A DNA stretch of 64,000 nt from Lama guanicoe (taxonomy: Eukaryota), in contig MU053810.1 in NCBI GenBank assembly GCA_013239625.1, positions 2,181,518 to 2,245,517 on the forward strand. Reading direction: 5' to 3'. Below are positions 52,036-64,000 of this stretch, one piece after another. A program made the translations under genes and the position numbers. The notes beneath the pieces are model-generated. The model did not search any database. It was not told where the DNA came from and was given only the letters and a program-made list of their open reading frames with translations. Numbering within the stretch: the first letter of the stretch is position 1; every line of letters begins with the position of its first letter.

Positions 52036-53290
52036 TTCAAAGAAAGCAGAGACAGAGTTTTAAAATCCTGGATGGGGAATCTGAAGTCTCCAGAGGTTTA
52101 AAAAAACAAAAAAAGTCATGAGCAGGAGAATAGACATGGAATATTCGGTTGATATTTTCAGTCAGCTTAAAGACCAGACGTGGCTTTTCCGTGAGTGGCA
52201 GGTGACCTAGTCAGTGGACATCTACAGGCAGAAAGTTAAAGTAGTCACTCTAAGCTTCTTCGTCTTAATGAAGTTGTGTCACTCTGCTGGCAAATACTGA
52301 ATGAAGCAAAAAGACAGGAAAAGAGAAATTGAGAGAGGATGAAAGGGTGTTGCAAAAGGGATTCCAAACACAGGTTCATGAGCAGTTTGTAGTAGCAGTT
52401 TGAGAGGATCCTGGGCAAATCACGGTAGACCAGTCAGCTAAGAAGAACCTGGGGCAGGAGAGTAAACATAAGGAAGACATTATTTAGCCTTAAAGCAGCT
52501 AACCTTGTCAGAACGTGTTTAACAGAAGCCTAACATCTACAGGCACGTTTATGACTGATGCATGTTATTCTGCTCTTTATGTCACACATTTTGAAGTCTC
52601 CATATGATACAATAAGATCAAATGACCAAGTTTATTATCTTTCATGACACAATGGATATTTTACATTTCTTCCAGGGGAGATTGTGAGGGTCCCATAATC
52701 TTTAAACTACATGCAAAATTCTTAGTTGGAGCTGCAAAATTCAGCACTCAATTTTGCACCATCTTGTGTAGTGCAGTAGATTTCAAAGTGCTGGAGAATG
52801 TGCGCCATATGCTTCTTTCTATCTCATTGCATTTTGCTTGGTGCTAAAGCATATATTAAGAGCTTAATAACTATTTCATGATTGATTACTGTTGAGTTTG
52901 GTATTTTTAATGTCTGAAATGCAGAAAATTGGCTAATCTTACAATGCTAGATGGGAATTAAACAATTACAAAGGGAAATCTGATTAAGGGCTTTTTTTAA
53001 GGTGAAGTTAATTTTAACAAATGTTAAGTCAAATGAGCTCAAAAGTGAATTTGTTTTTTTATAAATTGATCGCATAATTTGTAAATTTATGGTTAATTAA
53101 ATAAAATTAAAATTTTAATTACCCTTCTAAAGATAATTAGAAGGCATTAAAAATAATTTCCACAGATTTCTAGGCCTTCAATTAGCCTTCCACTGCATCT
53201 GCGGGGGTACTTACTGCATACTTACAGATTTGTGAGTACATTCTAGGTATATTCACAATCCAACTTCACCAGTTTTGGAGTTCCGTTTTA

Positions 53291-53419
53291 AAAAAATAGA
53301 TGGGGGGAGGGGTGGGTAACTCAGTTTATTTATTTATTTTAATGGAGGTACTGGGGATTGAACCCAGGACCTTAAGCATGCTAAGCATGCACTCTACCAC
53401 TGAGCCATTCCCTCCTCCC
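53291..53419 (-). mobile_element. tRNA-Ala-derived camelid SINE, copy 4
   Basis: tggaggtactggggattgaacccaggacc..aagcatgctaagcatgcactctaccactgagc; TSD-like gagttcc on both sides. Confidence 0.9.
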
Positions 53420-53574
53420 TAGAGTTCCTTTACTTTAAAAACATTGAAATCTAAATTTCATTCTAAATAAATACTCTGAATATGTAATAAAAAGCACACT
53501 GTCATTAATTTCTCAACAAGCTAATTAAAAATCACCCCTAAAATACTAAAGTGTAACTTAGAGGTTACCAGTTC

Positions 53575-53770
53575 TGTCTTAGGATCTTGAAAAACTTGTC
53601 TTGGGCCTTGGCTCCACCTCTTAATAGCTGTGTGACCTTAGGCAGGTTACTTAATCTCTTAGAGCCTCAGTTTCCCTGTGTACAAAACAAGCACAATTGT
53701 AGTGCTATATTGCTAGCATGTTTGTGAGAATTAGATGAGATGACACAACAGGGTCTGACACCTGTCAGCT
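53575..53770 (+). mobile_element. MIR
   Basis: agctgtgtgaccttaggcaggttacttaatctcttagagcctcagtttccc...gtgagaattagatgaga. Confidence 0.8.
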
Positions 53771-54440
53771 CTCTACCACATCCCACGCACTGCAGCCAGT
53801 GGTTTATAGATGATGCGCACAGAGCCAGGAGGGGAAGGCCAGCAGGAAATGTGTCAGGAGTGCTCAGCACCCCATTCCCACGAGGACACTGTTAACTCAC
53901 CCACAGTAACTAAACTTCCAGAGAACACTTCCTACTGAGTGGGAATACCAGGGAGCTCCTGCAAGTCTTTTAAAGATCAAAATAGAATATAAATAAATAA
54001 AAGAAATGGAAATTAAAATAAGCTTTATCTATATTATTGTCAGATAAATCCTAGCAGGTACACAATTTAATGCTCATTTTTCTAGATGAAGGAAGGGAGT
54101 TTGAGGAGGTGACAGAGCTAATAGGAGGCAGAAGTCTCCCTCTGGCATCCTCCCCGGACATTTTCTTTCAATTCATCGGACAATGAAAAAAATGCCAAAA
54201 TGAAAAATATCAAACTGAACACCCATGAGATATAAACAATGTCCTGTAAAAAAGCAAAGGGGAAAGTGGAAGCAACTGAATATCTCTTAGAAGAGGATGC
54301 CAGAAGATTTGCATAAATTAAAATTTTAGCTAGTTCACTCTCTGTAACGGAACCTGTGGTGCCATAAAGGAACAAAAATTATCACCCAAAGTAAAGTTTA
54401 TCACAGCCCATGCTTTTTATTAAAAACGTCTAACTGACAT

Positions 54441-54579
54441 GGGGGAGGGTATAGCTCAAGTGGTAGAGCACATGCTTAGCATGCATGAGGTCCTCTGCTC
54501 AATCCCCAGTATCACCATTAAACAAATAAATAAACCTAATTCTCTCCCTGCCCTCCCCAAATAACAATAAAATAAATAA
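54441..54579 (+). mobile_element. tRNA-Ala-derived camelid SINE, copy 5
   Basis: GGGGGAGGGTATAGCTCAAGTGGTAGAGCACATGCTTAGCATGCATGAGGTCC...aaataaataaacctaatt. Confidence 0.9.
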
Positions 54580-54715
54580 GTTTTTTTTAAAAACTGAAAA
54601 AAATTAAATTAGAAAAAGTGTTTTCGGGTATTTCTTTTGAAGGAAACAATTGTTTAAATTTTCTATTAGTAAGGATCAGGCCAGCGGGGAGAAGGCCATT
54701 GCCAAGCCTACAGTG

Positions 54716-55199
54716 CAGGCATACACCAGAGACATCACGGGTTCAGTTCCGGATCACCGCAATGAGGCATATATCACAATAAAGCAAGTCCCAGGAACTT
54801 TTTGGTTTCCCAGTGCATATAAAAGCTATGCTTACACCACACTGTAGTCCATTAAATGTGCAACAGCATTATGTCTAAAAAAAAAGTACACATGGTAATG
54901 AAAAATTTATTTATTGCTTAAAAATAAAAGCTAACCATCAACTGAGCCTTCCCTGAGTCATAACAGTAACATCAAAGGTCACTGATCACAGATCATCATA
55001 ACAAATATCATAATGAAAATGTCTGAACTATTGTGAGAGTTACCAAAATGTGACACAGAGACATGAAGGGAGCAAATGCTGTCGGAAAAATGGTGCCGAC
55101 AGATCTGCTCGACACAGGGCTGCTACACACCTTCACTCTGTAAAAACACATATCTGCAAAGTGCAGTAAATCAGAGCACAATAAAACAAGGCATGCCTG
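54716..55199 (-). mobile_element. Tigger1 internal-deletion derivative, ~484 bp
   Basis: TIRs CAGGCATA...GCATGCCTG followed by TA; gggttcagttcc, ttaccaaaatgtgacacagagacatgaag, aaaatggtgccga. Confidence 0.88.
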
Positions 55200-55549
55200 T
55201 ACTGATGGGACTACTGATTCAAACCAAAAAAATCATGTCTACGCCGATGAAGAAAACTGGTGACTAAAATATATACACCAAATGCATATTTTCACCAAGA
55301 AACTTACAATGGAGAAATGTAACTAATCCACCAAATTCTGCCTAGAGTTGTAAATGACTCTGGGAGTACACTAAGTATTTGGTGATGATGATTAACTTTT
55401 CCAAGCAACTAAAGAATCATCCAATTAACTCTTCAGGTACTAAAGGAACAAAGAACAATTAATATTCTAATGTCTGATGTAGTCTCGAGGAGTGACTGAC
55501 TCACAGAGCCTGACTCTTGCTGATTTATGTTGCCAAGTTACTTTTTAAA

Positions 55550-56057
55550 TAACATATAATAATGTGCAGTAAAAAAAAAAAAACCTATCAAGCCATGAAA
55601 GACACAGAAGAAACTTAAAAGACATATTACTAGATGAAAGAAGCCGGTCTGAAAAGGCTACAAACTGTAAGATTCCAACCAAATGACGTTCTGGAAAAGG
55701 CACAGCTACAGAAACAATAAAAAGATCCGTGGTTTCCAGGGGCATGGGGAGAGGGAGGGAGGAATGAATAGATGGAGCAAGAGGGATTTTTAAGGCAATG
55801 AAATTATTCTGTATGATACTCAAGTGGTGGCTACATGTCATTATGCATTTGTCAAAACCCATAGAATGTACACCACCAAGAGTGAACCCTAACGTTACCT
55901 ATGGACTTTGGTTGATAAGAATGTGTCCATGTTGGTTCATTGGTTGTACCAAAATATGCCACACTGGTGAGAGATGTTGAGGGAAGTGGAGTATATATGT
56001 ATTTTCTGTTCAATTCTGCTATAAACCTAAAACTGCTCTAAAAACTAAAGTCTATTA
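55550..56057 (+). mobile_element. L1MC/MD-type 3' UTR
   Basis: tgaaagaagccggtctgaaaaggctaca, cattatgcatttgtcaaaacccatagaatgtacaccaccaagagtgaaccctaa, aacctaaaactgctctaaaaa. Confidence 0.85.
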
Positions 56058-56219
56058 GGGGGAGGGTGTAGCTGAAGTGGTAGAGCACATGCTTAGCATG
56101 CATAAGGCCCTCAGTTCAATCCCCAGGACCTCCTCTAAAAAAATAAATAAAACTAATAACCTCCTCCCCTAAAATTAAAAAAAAGAAATAAAATGAATAA
56201 CATAATAATAAATAAAAAA
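56058..56219 (+). mobile_element. tRNA-Ala-derived camelid SINE, copy 6
   Basis: GGGGGAGGGTGTAGCTGAAGTGGTAGAGCACATGCTTAGCATGC...; TSD taaagtctatta (56046-56057) / taaagtctacta (56220-56231). Confidence 0.92.
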
Positions 56220-57429
56220 TAAAGTCTACTAAGTAACATATAATAATTCAGACAATTTATGAATTTTGATTTCTGGAATTTTGTTCTTTTAACTATTAAT
56301 CATCCCATTACATGATTATGATTTAAATGTTTAAATATAAACAGCCTAATTCACACCCGGAGTAGAATATTATTCAAATGATTTGGAACCAGAGGATATC
56401 ATGCAAGGTTAAATTAAGGAGAGGATAAGGAGTTATAACAGGGAACATTCCTGTGTGCATATTCTGAATTATAAAATGGGTAATTTTCAGTTAGGAAAAA
56501 GCTAATTAGGAATTAGTCATTCAGAAAAGAAAGCCACATTCGAACTACAGTAAAGAAAAGAAGAATAAAATCAAGAATCAAGCAAATGTAAACAGAGCTG
56601 AACCAGCACAGGACAGTCATGAAAGTGAAAATAACCTGTCCTGACTCCTAGAGTCACAGCTGATGAAGTGACAGATGATCCCCCATGCTTCTTACACACG
56701 CCTGCTCCCCAACAGATTGATAATGTCGTTAAAATTGGCCCTAACAGCCCTCCCCCACCTGCAATGGCATTCTCCATCAGGCAACATCGGCTGTTTTTCC
56801 ATAAGAAAACATGCTTCCTTCACGTCTACAAAACTGGAGAAAAAGGAAAATAAAAGCTAGAGCACACAAAAACAAACAAAGAAAAGAATGCAAAAGAAGA
56901 ATAGATCTAAATACATTATATACTTAAGATGCACGCAAATGACACTGAGAATAGCTTCCATGAGCGAGAGCTTCTGCCACCCGGAAAAACCCCAACAAGC
57001 CTTTTTAATCAAACAATTTTAAAGATGAAATCCTTAATACAGAATTTTATTTAAAACATACATTTCCTAGAAATGTTTACAGGTCATTAACATACCCCTG
57101 CTACGACTAGAAACTTAGTACTAATTCAGGTCTTCCACAGGGAAGAAATGATCAAAAATAAATACTGGAGCAGCATGGAAGAAAGAAGTGAAGAATCGCG
57201 GTTTCTTAGTTAAGAGTGAGAGCCTCACTCTGATTACAGGTGTCAGTTTCGAGAAATGCTGGCTTGTTGCCTCCCTGCTCTGTGATGGCAGCGATGATTT
57301 ATTAACAACGTCCGAGGCATCAGACGTTGTACTAGGCATCTGACAGACTATCTTGCTTCATCTTCAAAATCATACTGGAAAAGAGATGTCTCTGTTACCA
57401 CTGTTTACGTATGAGAAATGTATTGTCTG

Positions 57430-57916
57430 GTCCACCCACGACCTCCTCCTTCTAGTAATGGTCCTGTGCCTCAACCACTCGTTTCAGTTTTCACAAGTGG
57501 TGTCATTTTCCCACAGGACCCACATCCTTAACCACCGAGGATGGACCCAAAGGCAGTCAGTCTGTGACCTAAGCTAGTCCAAGTCTAGGCATTTGAGAGG
57601 GCTAGGCATTGGGACCAAAGTGTAAAGCGAGTCTCTCTCTGGCACCTAAAACTCTAGAGATATAAAATCTGAACTATCGACAACCAGGTTTGCCACCACC
57701 ACAACCCAGAGGGGCAGGGGCAGCTCATCTGCCAAAAAGAGAGCCCTAGGCTGGTGGCATTTGAGTCCTGATCCAGACTGTTCATGAAGCTCAAACAGGT
57801 ACATTCCTGCCCATGGATCTGTGTACCCTAACATCCTCAAAAGAAATTACCATCTTGTTCAAGTGAACGAGGGTTAGGTTTTCCACCTCTTACAGCACAG
57901 AATCCTAACTAATACA
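57430..57916 (+). mobile_element. MLT1L/K-like MaLR LTR remnant
   Basis: gtgacctaagctagtccaa, cctgatccagactgttcatgaagc, end cagaatcctaactaataca. Confidence 0.65.
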
Positions 57917-57949
57917 GAGTCTGCAGCCATACCACCCTGACTGTGCCCC

Positions 57950-58085
57950 TACCTCATCTAACTGATACAGGGAACTGTGATTGAGTGATTGAGACACAAG
58001 CCTAGTGTCACCTGCTGGCAAGCAGTAGAGTCAGGATTCAAACCCAGATTTGCCATCTTGAAACCTTTGCTCTTTCTACCCTATT
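57950..58085 (-). mobile_element. MIR fragment
   Basis: agcagtagagtcaggattcaaacccagattt...tttgctctttctacc. Confidence 0.6.
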
Positions 58086-61000
58086 ATGTACAAGATGGTA
58101 ATTCAAACATTCTGTAAACTTCAAAGACCTTGGCTTAGACTGAAATGTAATTTTAATGAAAATATATCATTACTTCTTTAAAAAGACTAGATTTTAAACA
58201 ACACTGTAATCAGACCTTAATTTTTAAACTGCCTCCCATGTTACATACGTTAGCCAGTAATAGGATCTTTAATGGTTACAGACAGTGCCAGTTAGATGTT
58301 CAGTAGGTGTTCATCAAATGGGTAAGTAAAAAACTAAGGTAACAACTTCAACATGAAACTTTAACATGATCACCTTCTTAAGCATCAACTTAGAAAGGTT
58401 TGTAGATTATTCAATATTTTCACTTTTAAATTCACTCTGATTTCCAACATGAAAAATTAGATACTAAATAATTCAAGAAAATCCCAAAGTTTAATTTTAA
58501 TATTATAATTAGGAACATTACCGTATAAATCTGAGCATCGATTAAAATATTATCTTGGTTAAATTTCTATGACGTTTCAAGCTTTATGATTCAGTGTCAT
58601 TTCATGGTGCTACAGGTACAATTATATTGCTGACAATCACTTGCTGACCTAAAAGTCTCCTGTTTGGTTTGAAAACACTAATGGAGTTTGGGTGAGTCTG
58701 TTTCCCGAAAGGACAAAGGATCTTTCTTTTTTCCGCCAGAATAAACATCTCAGGAAGCAATAGCATTTTTTTTTCTCTGCAATGTGGAAATAAAGAATTG
58801 GGCTTTACACTTACACAGAGAAAGAAGGGGAAAATGGAAATGGAAGAGTGGCCAGTTTAAGCTGACATGGATAAGTGTTTTAATATCTCTTAATAATCCT
58901 AATTTTGGAATGTTACTCTGCCCATGAACGTCTCACTTCTATACTTCACAGTCCGTGAGAGTACAGCTATTTGAGAAACAGGAATACGTTGGCATTGCCA
59001 AAGAGCCAGGTGGTTCCACTGTTTGGAAACCATCTGGTCTGAGTTTTCTTTTTGTCAGCACCATCAATACTTCAGTAGCAAGAGCTATTATAGGGATTGT
59101 GTGTGTCGCGTTTCTTTAAATAGACTCAAACAAAACTTCCCTGAATATAAATTCGTTATTTCTTTGAATTGTGCTTGCAGAGTATAATGAAACCCTTGTC
59201 AAGATGAGTTACACTTGAATGCCTACATTCATTCCATAACTTCACAAAACCAACTGGCAAAACACTAGGGGTATGCCTACAATTCCAGTAGCCTCTCTTT
59301 AAAGGGGGTCACTACTGTCCAGTCTGCGGACAAAATGGAGAATCTCCTGCTGAGGCAGATGCCAACGTTAACTGTTCAGTGTGGGCTGTGAAGAGGTTTA
59401 GACATTGGCATAGTTCAGAAATACAAGTTATTTAATCAATCGAGGAAAAACAGAAAGGCTCTAAGAAACTTAAACCTATTAATCCTAGGCTCTACCGAAT
59501 CCTCATCCAACAGACCATCTGCCCAACCAGTGAGCAGTACCTATCGAACCACTGCCTGGACTGGAAAACATAGGAGGACAAAGGTGCTGCCGGGCACTGG
59601 GCCCTTCCCCCGACCTGGAAGACAGGAGCATTGTTGCCTACAAAAAATACCCAGCTCTCTGGAATATACAAACGTGAACAGACACTGGCATTAATAAACC
59701 TTGTCTTCTAAGACCTTAATCTCAGCTTCCATCAAAGATAAAGTTTCCAGACCCAGATGTTTTTATCAGAATATCCAAAGTCAAATCTCCCTAAATGCCA
59801 GCATCCACCTTCCGACAGCAGGCCTCCGTTTCACTGCCCTTTAGATAGAAGCCGGAAGTCACCATGTCACAGACACTTAAGAAAGGGCAAATTAGAGAGG
59901 TGAAAGCACTGACCTCGAGTTAAAAGAGTAAGAAAGCGAGGCCGTAGGAGATTTTACTTTCTTCTCTTGGCAGGTCATCCTCGCCCTCGCTCTTTGCACC
60001 GATGTTTGACTTGTCAAAATTGCTTTGCTGGATCTGCACCTGACATCTGAATCATCTGACAGGCACATAACCTTATCAAATTTCTAGTTATGGTACAAAT
60101 AGAGGTAACAAACCATAGCCACTGAAATTGATAACAGCGCACACAAAGAACCACAAGGCTGCGGTTGCAGCAGAGGAGAGAGCCACCACCCAGCCTGGGA
60201 GCCCACAGGAAGAGGAGGAGGATGAGCCTGAACAAGAAAAAGGCGAATTCCACCAAATCCAATCGCTGCTCCCTTTCTTCTGCGGAGACTGAAGCAACCA
60301 AAAGGCCCCTTACCCGGAGGGAGGAAACAAAATTGTGAAATGATTGATGTTTGTCCCCTCCAGCTAGCATGTTAACCTAAAAGGCAAACGGAACAAAAGC
60401 ATCAGAAGGGGACCTCTGAAAGCCCCCTGCCAACCACCATTTGCCCTCACACATCGTCAGGTACCATTTCTTAATTCAGGAGCGCAGTGACAGGAATAAC
60501 AAATACATCCTTGGTTTCATCTGTTAACTCAAGCCAAAAGCTCATCTCTAGCATTTGCTCAGGAACAAATACAGAAAGCAGTGTTTGCCAAAAGAGAATA
60601 AAATATTTTGAGATAATACATCACATTAAAAGATTAATCTCAAAACATGGCATGAAACAAAAAAACCTTTTAAAAATCTGTCTTCTTCACTTAAATCATC
60701 CGGGTTCCAAATACTTCTAGAGACACTGCAGAAATAATTAAGGAAATAAATATGAAAAATATACGTGGCCAGAGAGACAATCCCCCAGTTAAAGGACAGA
60801 TCCTAAAATTAGATTTAAATTCACCCAACCATAAATATCCCAGCTTCCTAAAACAGCCCCCTGGTCTGAAACCTTTTAATCCCAGTCCCAGGAAAGGCTC
60901 ATACAGGATCAAATACTCTAATCAGAACGCCAAATCCTTTTATGTTTCTGAATGGAGACTGTCCAGCCATTAACATCAGGTGTTAATGGCTGGACCTGTC

Positions 61001-62229
61001 CGTCCTCCCTATTTATGACGTTTCTAGGTGAAATTAACAAGTTACTTTCTGGGTCTCCAGTTTCCTTGCATTTCTTTTCCTTCACCTCATCCCATCCAAC
61101 TCCTAGCTACAGATGCTAATGAGTTTTCTCTCATCAATATCTCAAATTCAACCCGCCCTTCTCCATCCCCTTCACCACTACCATGTTCAGGGCGCCACTG
61201 TCACTCACTCGAATGACTGCAGTTCCTGCCTACTAATCCCTCTGCTTATCATCTTGTCTCTACAACCCACACCCAAAGTGAGTTTTCACAACTGCAAACC
61301 TGGGAGCCCCCATGTCTCCCCTCATTGGTTCCACTTCTTGCCACAGTGGGTTTCTCAAGAACCTAAGGTACCTAAATTATGACTATATTATGTATATATA
61401 ATATTAAATGGTATTTTCAGGTAGGAACATACATCCATGTTTAAAGGAAGAAATGGGGACGATGAGTGTGAAAACAATAAAAATGCATAAAATTATTACA
61501 CAAATTCTGGACAACTGAAATTTCTATGGGTCATTGAATGCCTGGCATTGTCCACAGAGTATCATATGATGAACTTGACAAAAACATGATGAATGTGTGA
61601 ATATTCAGTAGGTAGTAAAAGTCGATCTGAAATGTATAGCATGTCCTCGAGTGTTTATTTAATAAAGCTCTTCCTGCTGCTTTTGTTAGCAAGAGTTAGA
61701 GTTATTTTTTAAGTATCAATACTTTTTGAATTGTCTTATAGACTGAGGATATTTTAAATTGATTATTACCCCCTTCTAACAGGCAAGAATTTCATTATTT
61801 TCCCGAGTCTAATCAGAACTGTTCAGACATCATTGAAGCCTCAGCTTCTGTTCAAAGCTACCTCACTGAAATCCTGTGGCCCCGCCAACTTTAACGCACA
61901 AGTCATTTCATTTACTGTCTTACTCTGTGGGCACAAGCTCAAACCTCACATGTCGGGAGAAGCGTGGGCTAGAGAGCACATAACATTCAAAAGCATACTT
62001 ACTGGTTCAGTGACAAGTCCTACTGAAGGGACAGACTGCCCAAAGGGCTTCCAGTACTAACAATGGCCCCTCAGAAAGACATTTTTATGTTAGCTTCACA
62101 GATGGAGAAAAATAGTTGATCTCACTCCCTTCCTAGTATTATGAAATACAAGATTCTACATTTCAGAGTAAATGCAAAATTATAAAATAATGACTTTATG
62201 AGGTGGAATACACAAAATATCATCTCCGT

Positions 62230-62741
62230 TGCAGTCAGTATTTGTTATTCTGTGAGCACCCAGCATCCATCATCCCTTCTTTTGGTACAACACTCTTACT
62301 TTGTTTTGAAAACTCAGCTCTCCCCAACTCTTTCCAAAGGCGAGTTATATGCCTCGGAAGTGGCCAGTGTAGTGCAGCCCCTTGTCAGTAATGGGCTCAA
62401 CCACGGACACGACACCCAGTCAGGGCCAGAGAGAAGCAGTGACATTGTGGGTGGGGGCCTCCCTCTCACTGAATTAACACCTACAGAGAGACACAGGCTG
62501 AAGGTGCGGCAGCCACTTTTCCGCCACATGGGTCAGCCAGCCTGAAAATGAGATTGTCATGGAGACACTGGATTGAGAGTTGGAGAGAAACTGGGCCCCC
62601 GCGACACCCTCTGCCTATAGGCAGTCCTGCCCCAAAACCAGTTTCACCCCTGGGCCCTTCAGGCTCCGAAGCCAACAATCCCAATATGCCACGTGGGACT
62701 CAGTTTCCTGGAGCTTGCAACCAAAAAAGCCCTAATTAATA
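62230..62741 (+). mobile_element. MLT1K-like MaLR LTR remnant
   Basis: cacccagcatccatcatcccttcttttggtaca...gcagccacttttccgccacatgg...cttgcaaccaaaaaagccctaattaata. Confidence 0.7.
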
Positions 62742-63619
62742 TGCTCATATACATTTTGTTGGCGGATAAAATTTCTAAATGGGTTTTAGACCCTTCTAGA
62801 CGGCTTTCCTCTGAGTATCATACTTTCTTCTGTCGGGCTAAGACTTAACACAGCTGTCTGTAATCAAAGCTCAATTATATACACCAACAGAAAAGTGGTT
62901 CTGATCATTCTGAGCAGCGGATACCTGCAATCATCTGCGTGTGGTTTGGGAATCCACCATGTAGTTAAAGAAACAAAATGGTCATAAAATACTGTTTAAA
63001 TGTTTTTAACTGACTACTCAGATGGGAGTCCCCTTCTCCGACTGACTGCAAATAAACAGAACAATTAACCTTCAGCAAGAATTCTGTATTCCAGAATTTG
63101 CTGGGATGTCACTGTTGGAGCTGCTCATGAAAACCACACTTAATTAAGCAGAGAAAACAATAACATAACTAAAATGTTATTTAAAACAATTTTCAGAAGA
63201 GGAGATAATCCCACAAAGTGATTGAAAACAAGATAACTGTGATTTAGTTGTGCACCACTGTCTCTGTTGAAAAGGTGTTTTCTCCATTATTCTAAAAATC
63301 TAAGACCAGGAACTGGCAAGCATCCCACTTCTACTCTTTTGAATGACTTAGCACGTGGTATTTGAAAGTTCTTACTGTCTCCTTCCCCAAAATCTTTCCT
63401 AGCTTTTGTTTTTTTTTCTATCCACTTTGATATTTTCTTCTTCAATCATAGTTTTGTTTAGAAATGCCTGCAAAAAGAAATAATAGATACATTTTCATAT
63501 CAGGACAATCAGGTCTTAAGTAAAATGCCAAGTTTTACATGGATCTGAGCGGACTGACAACAAACTTAAAATGGCTCACAGTAAGACCTCATAATACTCA
63601 CTAGAATGTTTGCCCTCTA

Positions 63620-63754
63620 CCATCACCCCTTGGCATCCAAGAGGGATTGATTCCAGGACCCTTCGTGGACACCAGAGTGTGCAGATGCTCCAGTCCATTC
63701 TAGTCACCCCTCCATACCTGTGGATGTGAACTCACAGATATGCAGGGCCAACTG
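63620..63754 (+). mobile_element. Short MER2-like Tigger MITE
   Basis: ccccttggcatccaagagggattgattccaggaccc...gatgctc.agtcc and end ggatgtgaactcacagatatgcagggccaactg match both MER2 ends. Confidence 0.75.
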
Positions 63755-63849
63755 GCATCTAATTTAAGTAAAGAATAAGGAAAATGCTAAGGCTGGAAGC
63801 TGATCTCTGGGGTCAGGAGAGACCCCACTCCCAGAGAACAGGCCTGGGG

Positions 63850-63990
63850 GGGAGTCAGTCAAGCTGGTGACGGAATCTGGGTTCTAAACTTGGAGCTGAG
63901 CCTCATAAAGCCAAGTGATCTTAGCAGGTTCCCTGAGAATTGTATTTCTTCATTTTTAAGGTGAGAAAATTAAACTACGTGATCTCAACA
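63850..63990 (+). mobile_element. MIR fragment
   Basis: atctgggttctaa...gtgatcttagca...tttcttcatttttaagg...gatctcaa. Confidence 0.55.
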
Positions 63991-64000
63991 GGTCTTGGAG

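Larger units (their letters stand above)
45413..64000 (-). other. NEBL: NEBL intron upstream of the LASP2 exon
   Basis: Ends in a ~60-nt pyrimidine tract plus TAG at 45413-45415. No LIM-domain or preceding repeat exon was found in the window. Confidence 0.85.

Noticed and set aside
1..64000. CRISPR arrays, operons, prokaryotic or viral systems
   Set aside because: The sequence is mammalian intron; I saw no regularly spaced repeat array, long ORF or endogenous viral coding segment.

Overview
Mammalian genomic DNA, most likely a camelid (llama/alpaca/camel), judging from six copies of a tRNA-Ala-derived SINE resembling the camelid vic-1 family. The whole window lies inside the NEBL gene on the minus strand. 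The only coding exon I can firmly support is a 108-nt phase-0/phase-0 exon at 45305-45412, encoding [36 protein letters not shown]. This is a nebulin repeat of the LIM-nebulette/LASP2 isoform, and it is absent from the supplied ORF track. The rest is intron: old MIR, L2, L1M, MLT and MER/Tigger repeats, younger SINE and L1 insertions, microsatellites, and several repeat-free, homeodomain/POU/FOX-motif-dense blocks that look like conserved enhancers. None of the supplied ORFs looks like a real gene. I see no convincing novel biological system. The best leads are three candidate cassette exons just downstream of the LASP2 exon (one in frame), the enhancer-like blocks, a duplicated CArG box and a perfect 15-bp hairpin. 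Repeat family names and most repeat boundaries come from recognising consensus sequences by eye and are approximate.
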